Source: Bacteroidota bacterium
GTDB taxonomy: Bacteria > Bacteroidota > Bacteroidia > JAADEI01 > JALVCQ01
Assembly: GCA_027009805.1 (NCBI GenBank)
Contig: JALVCQ010000084.1
Coordinates: 1 to 33,142, forward strand
Direction: 5' to 3'
Length of the DNA stretch: 33,142 bases
Under the pieces are notes generated by a model. It had not been told where the DNA came from. It saw only the letters and a list, made by a program, of their open reading frames with translations, and searched no databases. A program made the translations under genes and the position numbers. Positions 17,155 to 24,968 of this stretch are shown here, one piece after another (the stretch's first letter is position 1; the number at the start of each line of letters is the position of its first letter).

Positions 17155-17373
17155 AACGGGCGGCGGCCCCGCGGGGCCGCCGCCCGTTGCTCGTTCGCGT
17201 GAGGGGCCCGAAGGGCGCCGAGGCGCAAGCCGAGGCGGACCGAAGCCGTCAGGCGAAGGGCCGAGGCGGGCAGCCGAGCCCGCAGGGGCCCGACCCGAAG
17301 GCGCCCGAAGGGTAGGGGTTGTAGGGGCGATGCATGCATCGCCCATGAAGGCGCCGAAGGGACACGCCCAAAG
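17155..17373. repeat. Composite palindromic intergenic element (BIME/REPIN/MITE-like)
   Basis: Perfect 34-bp palindrome at 17155-17188, then clustered mini-hairpins (GCCC-GAA-GGGC, CCC-GCA-GGG, GCC-GTCA-GGC) and a direct repeat GAAGGCGCC(C)GAAGGG. Confidence 0.65.
17321..17344 (+). repeat. GTAG-type REP sequence
   Basis: GTAG tetranucleotide foot directly followed by the perfect palindrome GGGCGATGCATGCATCGCCC. Confidence 0.7.
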
Positions 17374-17378
17374 CTTCT

Positions 17379-18773
17379 TTACAGCGAATGGCCAAACACG
17401 TAATTGAACAGAATGTAGGCCACCGTGAAGTAGATGCCCATCCCGGTGAGGTCGTTGAGGGTAGTGATGAAGGGGCCCATGGCCACGGCGGGGTCGATAT
17501 CGAGCTTGTGCAGGGTGAGGGGAATGACCACGCCCATGACGGTGGCCATGAGGATGACCACAAAGAGCGCGATGCTGACGGTGAGGGTCAACACCATCGA
17601 ATCTTGAAAGACAAGGCCGTAGGCGAAGATGAGCAGGCTGGTAATGCCGGCGATGAGCGTGCCGGTGATGAGCTCTTTGGCGAGCACTTTCCAACCGAGG
17701 GCCTGAGGACCGTGGGCGGCCAACGACTGGACGACGATGGCGCTGGCCTGAATGCCGGCGTTGCCGCCCATCGCTGCGATGAGCGGCATGAAAAAGGCCA
17801 TGGCGGGGTGCAGGCGGATGATGTCGCCGAACCGCCCGATGATGCGGCTGTTCAACACGCCGCCCAGCAGGCCGATCAGCAGCCACGGAAGGCGGGCCCG
17901 GGCAATTTCCCAGGCCGAGTCGGACACCTCCACGTCTTCGGTCACCCCCGTGAGGATGTTGATGTCTTCTTTGACTTCTTCTTGAAGATATTCGAGGATG
18001 TCGTCGATGGTGATGCGCCCCACCAGGCGGCCTTCCTGGTCAACCACGGGAAGGGAGACGAGGTCAAACTTTTCAGCGATTTCGACGATTTCCCGGGCGG
18101 GCGTATCGACGTGCACCGCCGGCACTTCTTCGGCCAACTTGTCCAGCGGCGTGTGGTCGTCGGCGACAACCAGCTCTTTGAGCGACACCTGCCCGCGCAG
18201 ACGTTGGGTTTCGTCCACCACATACACCGTATAGATTTCGTCGATTTCCCGTCCTTTCCGGCGGATCAGGTCCAGCGCATCCCGAACGGTGTAACGGGCG
18301 GGGACGGCGATGAATTCTGTGGTCATCAAGGCACCGGCGGTGTCTTCTTGATGGGTGATCAAATAGAGAATCGACTCCGCCCTGTCGGCGGGGATGGTAT
18401 GGCCGGCTTGCTCACGAATCATCCGCAGCACGGCTTCTTGCCGGTCCTGAGGCATCAGGCGGATGAGGTCCACGGCGTCGTCGGGGTCGAGATGCGGCAG
18501 GAAGCGGCGGACGAAATCTTCGGCCGGCAGATGTGCCAGAATGCTGCGGGCGTCTTCTTCTTCCAGTTCGGGCAACACTTCCGCAGCCACGTCGTCCGGA
18601 AGCAGCTTAAAAAGCCGCAGGACTTTGTCTTCATCTAACTCATCGAACACATCGGCGATGTCGGCCGGGTGCAGGCTCAGCAGGATGCGGCGGATCTGTT
18701 CGGTGGGGCCGGTTTCAAGGAGCCGTTCGAGGTCTTGAACGATCTGCTTTTCCAATACGCTGTTGGGATGCAT
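17379..18773 (-). CDS. mgtE: Magnesium transporter MgtE
   Basis: LHPADIA N-domain, tandem CBS domains (TAGALMT, GRITIDD), ARLPWL, GGNAGIQ, IDPAVAMGPFITTLND. Confidence 0.97.
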   Translation of the reverse strand: MHPNSVLEKQIVQDLERLLETGPTEQIRRILLSLHPADIADVFDELDEDKVLRLFKLLPDDVAAEVLPELEEEDARSILAHLPAEDFVRRFLPHLDPDDAVDLIRLMPQDRQEAVLRMIREQAGHTIPADRAESILYLITHQEDTAGALMTTEFIAVPARYTVRDALDLIRRKGREIDEIYTVYVVDETQRLRGQVSLKELVVADDHTPLDKLAEEVPAVHVDTPAREIVEIAEKFDLVSLPVVDQEGRLVGRITIDDILEYLQEEVKEDINILTGVTEDVEVSDSAWEIARARLPWLLIGLLGGVLNSRIIGRFGDIIRLHPAMAFFMPLIAAMGGNAGIQASAIVVQSLAAHGPQALGWKVLAKELITGTLIAGITSLLIFAYGLVFQDSMVLTLTVSIALFVVILMATVMGVVIPLTLHKLDIDPAVAMGPFITTLNDLTGMGIYFTVAYILFNYVFGHSL

Positions 18774-18783
18774 CCGATGGGGG

Positions 18784-19557
18784 TTATGGGCGGTGTTGCA
18801 AATTTGCTAATCGTTCGGCGGCCCGTATCCACGTGGCGATATCGACGGCTTCGGCCCGCAGCTGGTCGATGCCCAGCTCGGCAAAGACGGGCAGCCATGC
18901 CGCCGGGATGTTGTTTTTCAGTTTTTTCCGCCGGTGGCGAAATCCGACCTTGATGACCCGCAGCAGGTGGTCCGGCGTGACGGCGGGCAGGCGGGATTTT
19001 CGTTCGAAACGCGTCACAGCCGACCACACCTTCGGTTGTGGAGAAAAAGCCGTAGGCGGCACGTCAAATAAGTAGGTGCGCTGGTAAAAAGCGCCCACCA
19101 GCACCGACAAAATGCCGTAATCGCGGCCGCCGGGGCGGGCCGTCAGCCGTCGGGCTACTTCCCGTTGCCACATCCCGCCCCACGACGGCACGTACGTTGC
19201 CCGTTGCATCACGTGCACCACCAGCGGCCCCGAGATCGAGTAGGGAAAATTGCCCACCACGCTCACCGGTGCAGGCACGTCCGCTTCAAAAGCCCATTGC
19301 AAAAAGTCTTGATGCAACACCTGCACGTCGGGATGGGCGCGACGCAGCTTTTCAGCCCAATAGGGGTCCACTTCCACCACCCACAACGTTTTGTCGGGAT
19401 AGGTGGCTTGCAGGGCCCGTGTCAGCATGCCGCCGCCGCCGCCCACTTCAATCACCGAAGGAGCGGCGGGACGCAACGCACGGGCGATCTTGCGGGCAAG
19501 GGCGTCGTCTTTCAGAAAACACTGCCCCAGCCGGCGGGAGGGACGGACTAAACGCAT
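18784..19557 (-). CDS. rsmA: 16S rRNA m6,2A1518/1519 dimethyltransferase RsmA/KsgA
   Basis: LGQCFL, EVGGGGG SAM motif, GNFPYSIS, QREVARRL, YGILSV, FSPQPKVWSAV, RRKKLKN. Start moved to the ATG at 19557. Confidence 0.93.
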   Translation of the reverse strand: MRLVRPSRRLGQCFLKDDALARKIARALRPAAPSVIEVGGGGGMLTRALQATYPDKTLWVVEVDPYWAEKLRRAHPDVQVLHQDFLQWAFEADVPAPVSVVGNFPYSISGPLVVHVMQRATYVPSWGGMWQREVARRLTARPGGRDYGILSVLVGAFYQRTYLFDVPPTAFSPQPKVWSAVTRFERKSRLPAVTPDHLLRVIKVGFRHRRKKLKNNIPAAWLPVFAELGIDQLRAEAVDIATWIRAAERLANLQHRP

Positions 19558-19561
19558 GGGC

Positions 19562-19569
19562 CAAAGGTA
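19562..19569 (-). promoter_or_regulatory. -7 box (TACCTTTG) for rsmA-mgtE
   Basis: Exact TAnnTTTG 4 nt upstream of the ATG. Confidence 0.65.
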
Positions 19570-19703
19570 AGGCAAACGGACAGCGGCGGTTCTCACCGAC
19601 AACAGAGGATACAAAAAATGCCCCCCCCCACGTGATACGTCACCCAGGGCCGGAGAAGGATGCTTCTGTGCTCGATTCATGGATGGATTCCCGCCCGGGT
19701 CCC

Positions 19704-21572
19704 TCAAACCGTAATGGACAGGTGGCGCTCCAGATGCCCGGCGATGTCTTCGATGGGGTCTTGACGAACGAACAGCCGCCCCCACGTTTCCAATGCGATG
19801 AATTTGGCTACATGATACCGTGGAAAACGGGTTCTTAGAAATTCCATCTCATCAGGCTTCAGTCGAAATGTCTCGCTGACGAATCCGTTTTTGAAGAATG
19901 ATTCATCGGCTTGCACATAATGCAGTCCGAACATTGGAAATCCCATTTTCTTTTTGTAGATGAGGCTGTCAGGTAAATATTTCGCAGCCAACCGCCGCAC
20001 AATCTTTTTGTCGATTAAAAAGGGGTGTTTGTAATTGTAGAATCGCCGGATACGGCCGATTTTATATTCGCTGGGTAAGTTGATGGCAAACTCGAGAATG
20101 GACTCGTCGAGAAACGGAAAACGTGCCTCGATGGAATGAATCATTCCCATGCGGTCGTTTCGCCATAGCAACGACACGATGCCTTCCCGAAGCATCTGCA
20201 AGGTCAGATAATGTTCCTGCCGTTTGTTCGGGGGTAAAAAGTCGAGTTTGGCCATTCCCTCCTGCCGAAGCAGGTCGCGTGTGAAGTTGTAAAGCATCTT
20301 TTCAAAAAGGACCTCCATTCCGGCGGCGCCGCCCCCCTGGATATAGCTTTTCAGCGGCGGAAACAACGCATACAACTTGTTCAGCAAGGTGAACGGCAGG
20401 CGAATCAGGGCATTGTATCGGCGGGTGAGCAAACGGGGATACCCTAAGAACAATTCGTCGGAACCTTCGCCGGTCAATACGGCTTTCACCTGTTCCGAAC
20501 GGGCCATCGCCGAAACGTTGGAAAAGGGGACTGCATTGGTGTGTACCACAACGGGCGACTCGTAGTGCCAGGTGACTTTTGCAAAATCCCGGATAAAATA
20601 TTCCGGCCGGAAGGGATAGTCAAAAAGCGGTCGTTTGACAGCGCCGGCCAGACGTTGGGCGTCTTCAAATTCGGAATATTTCCCCAATACATTGGCCGTG
20701 AAAAGCTTAAAGTCGCTGTCGGCATAACGATCGGCATAGACGGTGATCAGGCTGGAATCAATCCCACCGCTGACATAGGCGCCCATGGGCGCGTCGCTGA
20801 TGAGCATCTTTTTCACCACCGAGGCCATCAGCCCGTCCAGTTCTTCCAGCGCGGCTTTGAAACCCGCTTTCCGGCGCCGTTGATATTGTTCGGGAGAAAT
20901 GAAGTCGTCCAGCCGACAATACGTATGGGTTTTCTTCCCCGCAGGAGAAAATTCGACCCATGTGCCCGGCGTCACGTGGACCGCTTCTTTGAAAACGGTT
21001 TCGTATCGGGATTTTTCCAGGATGCCCAATGTGGAATACAACAGCCGAGGCTCATCAAGCGTCAACGGGAGGGTGTGCGATAGGGCTTTCAGCTCGGAAG
21101 CGAAAAAAACGGTGCCGTTTTTTTCCGCATAAAAAAGCGGCTTGATGCCCACCCGGTCCCGGGCCAATACCAGTCGTTGCGTATGGCGGTCCCAGAACGC
21201 AAAAGCAAACATGCCTTGAATGGCTTGTAACGTCTGTGATACACCATATTCGAGCAAATGGCGATATAAAACCTCTGTGTCGCTGGTGGAGCGGAAGCGC
21301 ACGCCTTTCTCCTCGAGTTGTCGGCGCAGTTGTTGGAAATTATAGATTTCTCCGTTGTAAACCAACATGCGACCGTCCTCTCCGAAAGGCTGATGTCCGC
21401 GTTCCGATAAGTCCAGAAGGCTTAATCGGTTATGCGCCAGTCCCGCATGTTCGTCTTGATAAAAACCGGTGTGGTCCGGACCTCGGTGTGTTTGCAATGA
21501 GGCGGCTTGTTCCAGCCACTTGGGGGGGCTCCACTTACCATTCCAGTGGAAAAAACCGGCAATCCCACACAT
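19704..21572 (-). CDS. asnB: Asparagine synthase (glutamine-hydrolyzing) family amidotransferase
   Basis: MCGI Ntn N-terminus, HRGPD, YNGEIYN, SDTEV, RDRVGIKPLFY, SGGIDSS, TGEGSDELFLGY, EARFPFLD. Confidence 0.92.
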   Translation of the reverse strand: MCGIAGFFHWNGKWSPPKWLEQAASLQTHRGPDHTGFYQDEHAGLAHNRLSLLDLSERGHQPFGEDGRMLVYNGEIYNFQQLRRQLEEKGVRFRSTSDTEVLYRHLLEYGVSQTLQAIQGMFAFAFWDRHTQRLVLARDRVGIKPLFYAEKNGTVFFASELKALSHTLPLTLDEPRLLYSTLGILEKSRYETVFKEAVHVTPGTWVEFSPAGKKTHTYCRLDDFISPEQYQRRRKAGFKAALEELDGLMASVVKKMLISDAPMGAYVSGGIDSSLITVYADRYADSDFKLFTANVLGKYSEFEDAQRLAGAVKRPLFDYPFRPEYFIRDFAKVTWHYESPVVVHTNAVPFSNVSAMARSEQVKAVLTGEGSDELFLGYPRLLTRRYNALIRLPFTLLNKLYALFPPLKSYIQGGGAAGMEVLFEKMLYNFTRDLLRQEGMAKLDFLPPNKRQEHYLTLQMLREGIVSLLWRNDRMGMIHSIEARFPFLDESILEFAINLPSEYKIGRIRRFYNYKHPFLIDKKIVRRLAAKYLPDSLIYKKKMGFPMFGLHYVQADESFFKNGFVSETFRLKPDEMEFLRTRFPRYHVAKFIALETWGRLFVRQDPIEDIAGHLERHLSITV

Positions 21573-21601
21573 ACAACCTGATTTTGGGAAAATGTGAGCG
21601 G

Positions 21602-21609
21602 CAAAACTA
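21602..21609 (-). promoter_or_regulatory. -7 box (TAGTTTTG) for asnB-like gene
   Basis: Exact TAnnTTTG 29 nt upstream of the ATG. Confidence 0.6.
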
Positions 21610-21747
21610 CTCTCCCCATTTAGGTTCCGAAGCCCGTGAGATAATGCCCGCCTCCTCCTTCACCCTCATCGATGCTGATGGCGCCGCCGGCCGTTTTTCC
21701 GGTGGTGGGGGCACACATGCCCTCCCTCTTCCGGATAAGACTATCAG

Positions 21748-22127
21748 TGGAGCCGGAGGGATTCGAACCCTCGTCCGGTGATGGCTTCCACTCACCCTCT
21801 ACATGCTTAGGTCCGGATTCGATGCTTGGGCAAAGCGCAGGTGCGGACCCCACCTATACGCCTTGCCGCAGCCTTCGCTGATACTCGGACCGGATGGTCG
21901 AAGGCGCTCCCATCCGGCCGGTCGGTGGAAACCGACGCCCCTTGAAGCAGCTTCACCGACGCAGCCGCTTCGGGACGCTCGTGCCTATCGGCCTTGCCGA
22001 TTAGGCAGCGAGAGCATACGAAGTGTTGCCATGTAAAAGTGGCACGCAGGTTGAGATTAACGAGCCAACCTGCAACGCTCGGCATGCAGGTGCGCAGACA
22101 ACCATCCCGTCGATGCCTGTCGGCCCC
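21748..22127 (-). ncRNA. ssrA: tmRNA
   Basis: 5' GGGGCCG pairs with 3' CGGCTCC-A (G3-U alanine identity), T-arm GGTTCGAATCC, internal tag frame at 22030-22001 = GNTSYALAA*, 380 nt. Confidence 0.97.
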
Positions 22128-22140
22128 ATGAAATCGAGCA

Positions 22141-22148
22141 CAAAGGTA
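22141..22148 (-). promoter_or_regulatory. -7 box (TACCTTTG) for tmRNA
   Basis: Exact TAnnTTTG 13 nt upstream of the mature 5' end. Confidence 0.75.
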
Positions 22149-22319
22149 ACGCCCTTCCCCTATGAAAAGTTCATCATAGATAAAAAATGCCGGAGTAGCT
22201 GATAAGGCAATGAAAGAAGCGGCGGTGGAAATGGGTAGGAGAATAATCGGATTTTTGTATGTTTGTGTGTCCTTCATACGCTTTTTTGCGTTTAACATTA
22301 TGCGGTAAAGGCACAAGCA

Positions 22320-22961
22320 ATGCTGGAGGTACAATTGGTTTCTCCGTTAAGCCCTGTGTATCAAGTGTGGGAAAAGGGGAGGGATGAAAGTGGGAGAAAA
22401 ACGTCTCCCGAAAGTGAAATGATAAGAGAATTGGCTCGTGAGTTGGAGGAATATGCGTCTATGGTCGCCCGGAGTCCCCAACCGCTTCGGAGAATTGAAG
22501 AACATTTTCATCAGTTGGGGACGATGTTTATGAAAATGATTTCGTTGGCAACCGAAGCCGGCTATCTGTCAGACATAGAAAAACAAAAGGAAATTTTGGA
22601 AGCGCGATTTAAGGAGCAGGGCGAGGCACAGGCATTGATGCGAAGAATATATCATCAAGATGAGTTGAATCGATCGGCACTGTCGAAGTTCCAGTTATAC
22701 GAAGAGAAGATAGCAAGACCGGATGACGTGTGGGAATTTGTCCAGACGGCAGTGTCTATGAGCATGCTTTTGATTGCCTTATTTTGGGCGCTCGATAACG
22801 GTTTGCCTGATGATAATATGAGGAATCTTCTTCGAGATCTGAATAAAGTCTTGACAATGTATGAGGAGCTGTGTGATCGCATTATAGAAGAAGTGCATGC
22901 TCATGTGCTTTATAAAAAGTTGCATAGTGAGGACATGTTTACACAAAAGGCACTTCATTAA
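22320..22961 (+). CDS. Hypothetical alpha-helical acidic protein, candidate antitoxin
   Basis: 213-aa E/L/M-rich ORF in AT-rich DNA, with TATGTTTG box at 22258-22265. Overlaps the next ORF. Confidence 0.7.
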   Translation: MLEVQLVSPLSPVYQVWEKGRDESGRKTSPESEMIRELARELEEYASMVARSPQPLRRIEEHFHQLGTMFMKMISLATEAGYLSDIEKQKEILEARFKEQGEAQALMRRIYHQDELNRSALSKFQLYEEKIARPDDVWEFVQTAVSMSMLLIALFWALDNGLPDDNMRNLLRDLNKVLTMYEELCDRIIEEVHAHVLYKKLHSEDMFTQKALH

Positions 22962-23289
22962 AAACAGAGAAGATTCGCGCATATCAGCCAAGGTAAGAGC
23001 GAAGTGCAATGACTTTATCACTGTTTGTTGCAATTCTAAAGGTCACAACGACTTTATTCGGCGATGCAAGGAGACATACCGAGGCGGTAAGTTTGGATAT
23101 AGATGGCTGAAAAATGATCGGGTATTTTCTTTTACAATTAAGGTGCGCGGGAAACCTGAGTACCGCATTACGGGATTGGTGGAGGTCAGCACCCAAACGG
23201 TTTTCGTTGTCTCCTTGACCACCCGAGAGGGAGCCTATAAGATTGACGTGAACACCCTAACGCCTCAGGCGTTTGAGTGTATAGATTAA
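22927..23289 (+). CDS. Candidate RelE/ParE-fold toxin
   Basis: Basic ~120-aa protein; C-terminal EYRITGLV...TVFVVSLTTREGAYK matches the RelE pattern YRI...V.V....R..Y. Start uncertain (GTG 22927 or ATG 22897). Confidence 0.55.
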   Translation: MRTCLHKRHFIKNREDSRISAKVRAKCNDFITVCCNSKGHNDFIRRCKETYRGGKFGYRWLKNDRVFSFTIKVRGKPEYRITGLVEVSTQTVFVVSLTTREGAYKIDVNTLTPQAFECID

Positions 23290-23334
23290 GTGAGGAATGG
23301 GGGAGATAGAAGGGAATGGCGGGCGTGTATGGGC

Positions 23335-23342
23335 TACCTTTG
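23335..23342 (+). promoter_or_regulatory. -7 box (TACCTTTG) for gpmI
   Basis: Exact TAnnTTTG 28 nt upstream of the ATG at 23371. Confidence 0.65.
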
Positions 23343-23370
23343 TCATAGACTTGGCAAAACTTTTCAACCG

Positions 23371-24951
23371 ATGCCTCCGACGCGGGTATGTCTGATCATT
23401 TTGGACGGCTGGGGACATGGCCCCCCCGATCCTTCGGTGAATGCGATAGCGGCGGCGCGAACGCCGTTTATGGACTCGCTGTATGATAAGCATCCGCACA
23501 TCGAACTGCGGACCAGCGGGGAAGACGTGGGGCTGCCGCCAGGGCAAATGGGCAACTCGGAAGTGGGCCACATGAACATCGGTGCCGGCCGCGTGGTCTA
23601 TCAGCCGCTGGTGTTGATCAACAAATATTTTGAGGAGCGTTGGTTCGACCGGCATCCCGTCATTCAGGAGCTGGTGGAATATCTGCGGAAAACGGGCAAG
23701 AAGCTGCATTTGCTGGGGCTGGTCTCCGACGGCGGCGTGCATTCCCACATTGAACATCTAAAAGGGCTGGTGGAGATGTTCGAGCGGCTGGGCGTGTCGC
23801 GCTGTTTCATTCACGCTTTCATGGACGGTCGCGACACCGACCCGCACAACGGCGTGCGCTACATCGAGGCGCTTCAGCAGTTCTTGACCGGTAAGAAGGG
23901 AAAAATCGCGTCCATTATCGGGCGTTATTATGCAATGGATCGGGACCGTCGCTGGGAGCGTATCGCCAAAGCCTATCATTTGCTGGTTAACGGAGAGGGC
24001 AAGCCCTTTACTGACCCCGTGGAAGCCGTGCAGGCTTCCTATGCCGAAGGGGTTACCGATGAGTTTATCCTGCCTGCGGTCATCACCGATGCTGCGGGCA
24101 AGCCGCTGGCTACCATCGAAGAAGGCGACGCCGTTCTCTTTTTCAACTTCCGCACCGACCGCGGCCGACAGCTTACCCGAGCCCTTACGCAAGAGGACTT
24201 TCCCCAATATGACATGAAGCGCCTGCCGCTGTTTTACGTTACCATGACGGAATATGACAAGGCATTTCAGGGCATCCGGATTCTGGTGGAAGAGCAGAAG
24301 CTGACCAACACGCTGGGCGAGGTGATGGCCGCTCGTGGACGCACGCAACTGCGGATTGCCGAGACGGAAAAATATCCGCACGTCACCTTCTTCTTTTCCG
24401 GCGGACGGGAAAAGCCTTTTGAAGGTGAGAGGCGGACGCTGATCCCCTCGCCTAAAGTGCCCACCTACGACCTCCAGCCCGAGATGAGCGCCGAGCCGGT
24501 GACCGAAGCCGTCATCCAGCAGATGAAAACGCATCATCCCGACCTGGTGGTGCTCAACTTTGCCAATCCCGACATGGTGGGGCATACCGGTGTCTTTTCG
24601 GCGGCGGTGAAAGCCTGTGAGACCGTCGATGCTTGCGCCCGGCGGGTGGTGGACACCTGCCGGACCGAAGGCTATATTCCCATCATCACGGCCGATCACG
24701 GCAATGCCGACTATATGGTCAACCCCGATGGCACGCCCCACACCGCCCACACCACCAACCCCGTGCCCTTCTTTATCCTCGCACCCGTGCATTTTCTGCA
24801 CGACGGCGGAAGGCTGGCCGACATCGCACCCACGATTCTTTCCCTGATGCGCATTCCCATTCCGGAAGAGATGACCGGAAAAGTGCTTGCTGCTTATGAC
24901 AACGCCGACTCATCGGCGGTTATCGCCGGGCAACACGGTAAGAAGACGTAA
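23371..24951 (+). CDS. gpmI: 2,3-bisphosphoglycerate-independent phosphoglycerate mutase
   Basis: IILDGWG, GQMGNSEVGH, SDGGVHSH, DGRDT, GRYYAMDRD, AETEKYPHVTFFF, NPDMVGHTG, TADHGN, HTAHT. Confidence 0.98.
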   Translation: MPPTRVCLIILDGWGHGPPDPSVNAIAAARTPFMDSLYDKHPHIELRTSGEDVGLPPGQMGNSEVGHMNIGAGRVVYQPLVLINKYFEERWFDRHPVIQELVEYLRKTGKKLHLLGLVSDGGVHSHIEHLKGLVEMFERLGVSRCFIHAFMDGRDTDPHNGVRYIEALQQFLTGKKGKIASIIGRYYAMDRDRRWERIAKAYHLLVNGEGKPFTDPVEAVQASYAEGVTDEFILPAVITDAAGKPLATIEEGDAVLFFNFRTDRGRQLTRALTQEDFPQYDMKRLPLFYVTMTEYDKAFQGIRILVEEQKLTNTLGEVMAARGRTQLRIAETEKYPHVTFFFSGGREKPFEGERRTLIPSPKVPTYDLQPEMSAEPVTEAVIQQMKTHHPDLVVLNFANPDMVGHTGVFSAAVKACETVDACARRVVDTCRTEGYIPIITADHGNADYMVNPDGTPHTAHTTNPVPFFILAPVHFLHDGGRLADIAPTILSLMRIPIPEEMTGKVLAAYDNADSSAVIAGQHGKKT

Positions 24952-24968
24952 TGTAAAAGTGGATACAG

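Noticed and set aside
17200-17373. CRISPR array interpretation of the short repeats
   Set aside because: No constant-length repeats with unique spacers and no cas genes.
16686-17886. ORFs spanning the palindromic element
   Set aside because: Artefacts of stop-poor GC-rich repeat DNA.
18774-18783. M-box Mg2+ riboswitch before mgtE
   Set aside because: Only 10 bp separate rsmA and mgtE.
19621-19629. C9 homopolymer upstream of rsmA
   Set aside because: It lies about 50 nt upstream of the -7 box, outside the promoter spacer, so there is no evident functional effect.
19704-21572. Lasso peptide cyclase
   Set aside because: Intact Ntn Cys2 glutaminase domain and no adjacent B1/B2 or precursor genes; the transglutaminase-like gene 6 kb away is SirB1-type.
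21607-22334. ORFs overlapping tmRNA (e.g. 21807-22334)
   Set aside because: The region is explained by tmRNA and its tag frame.
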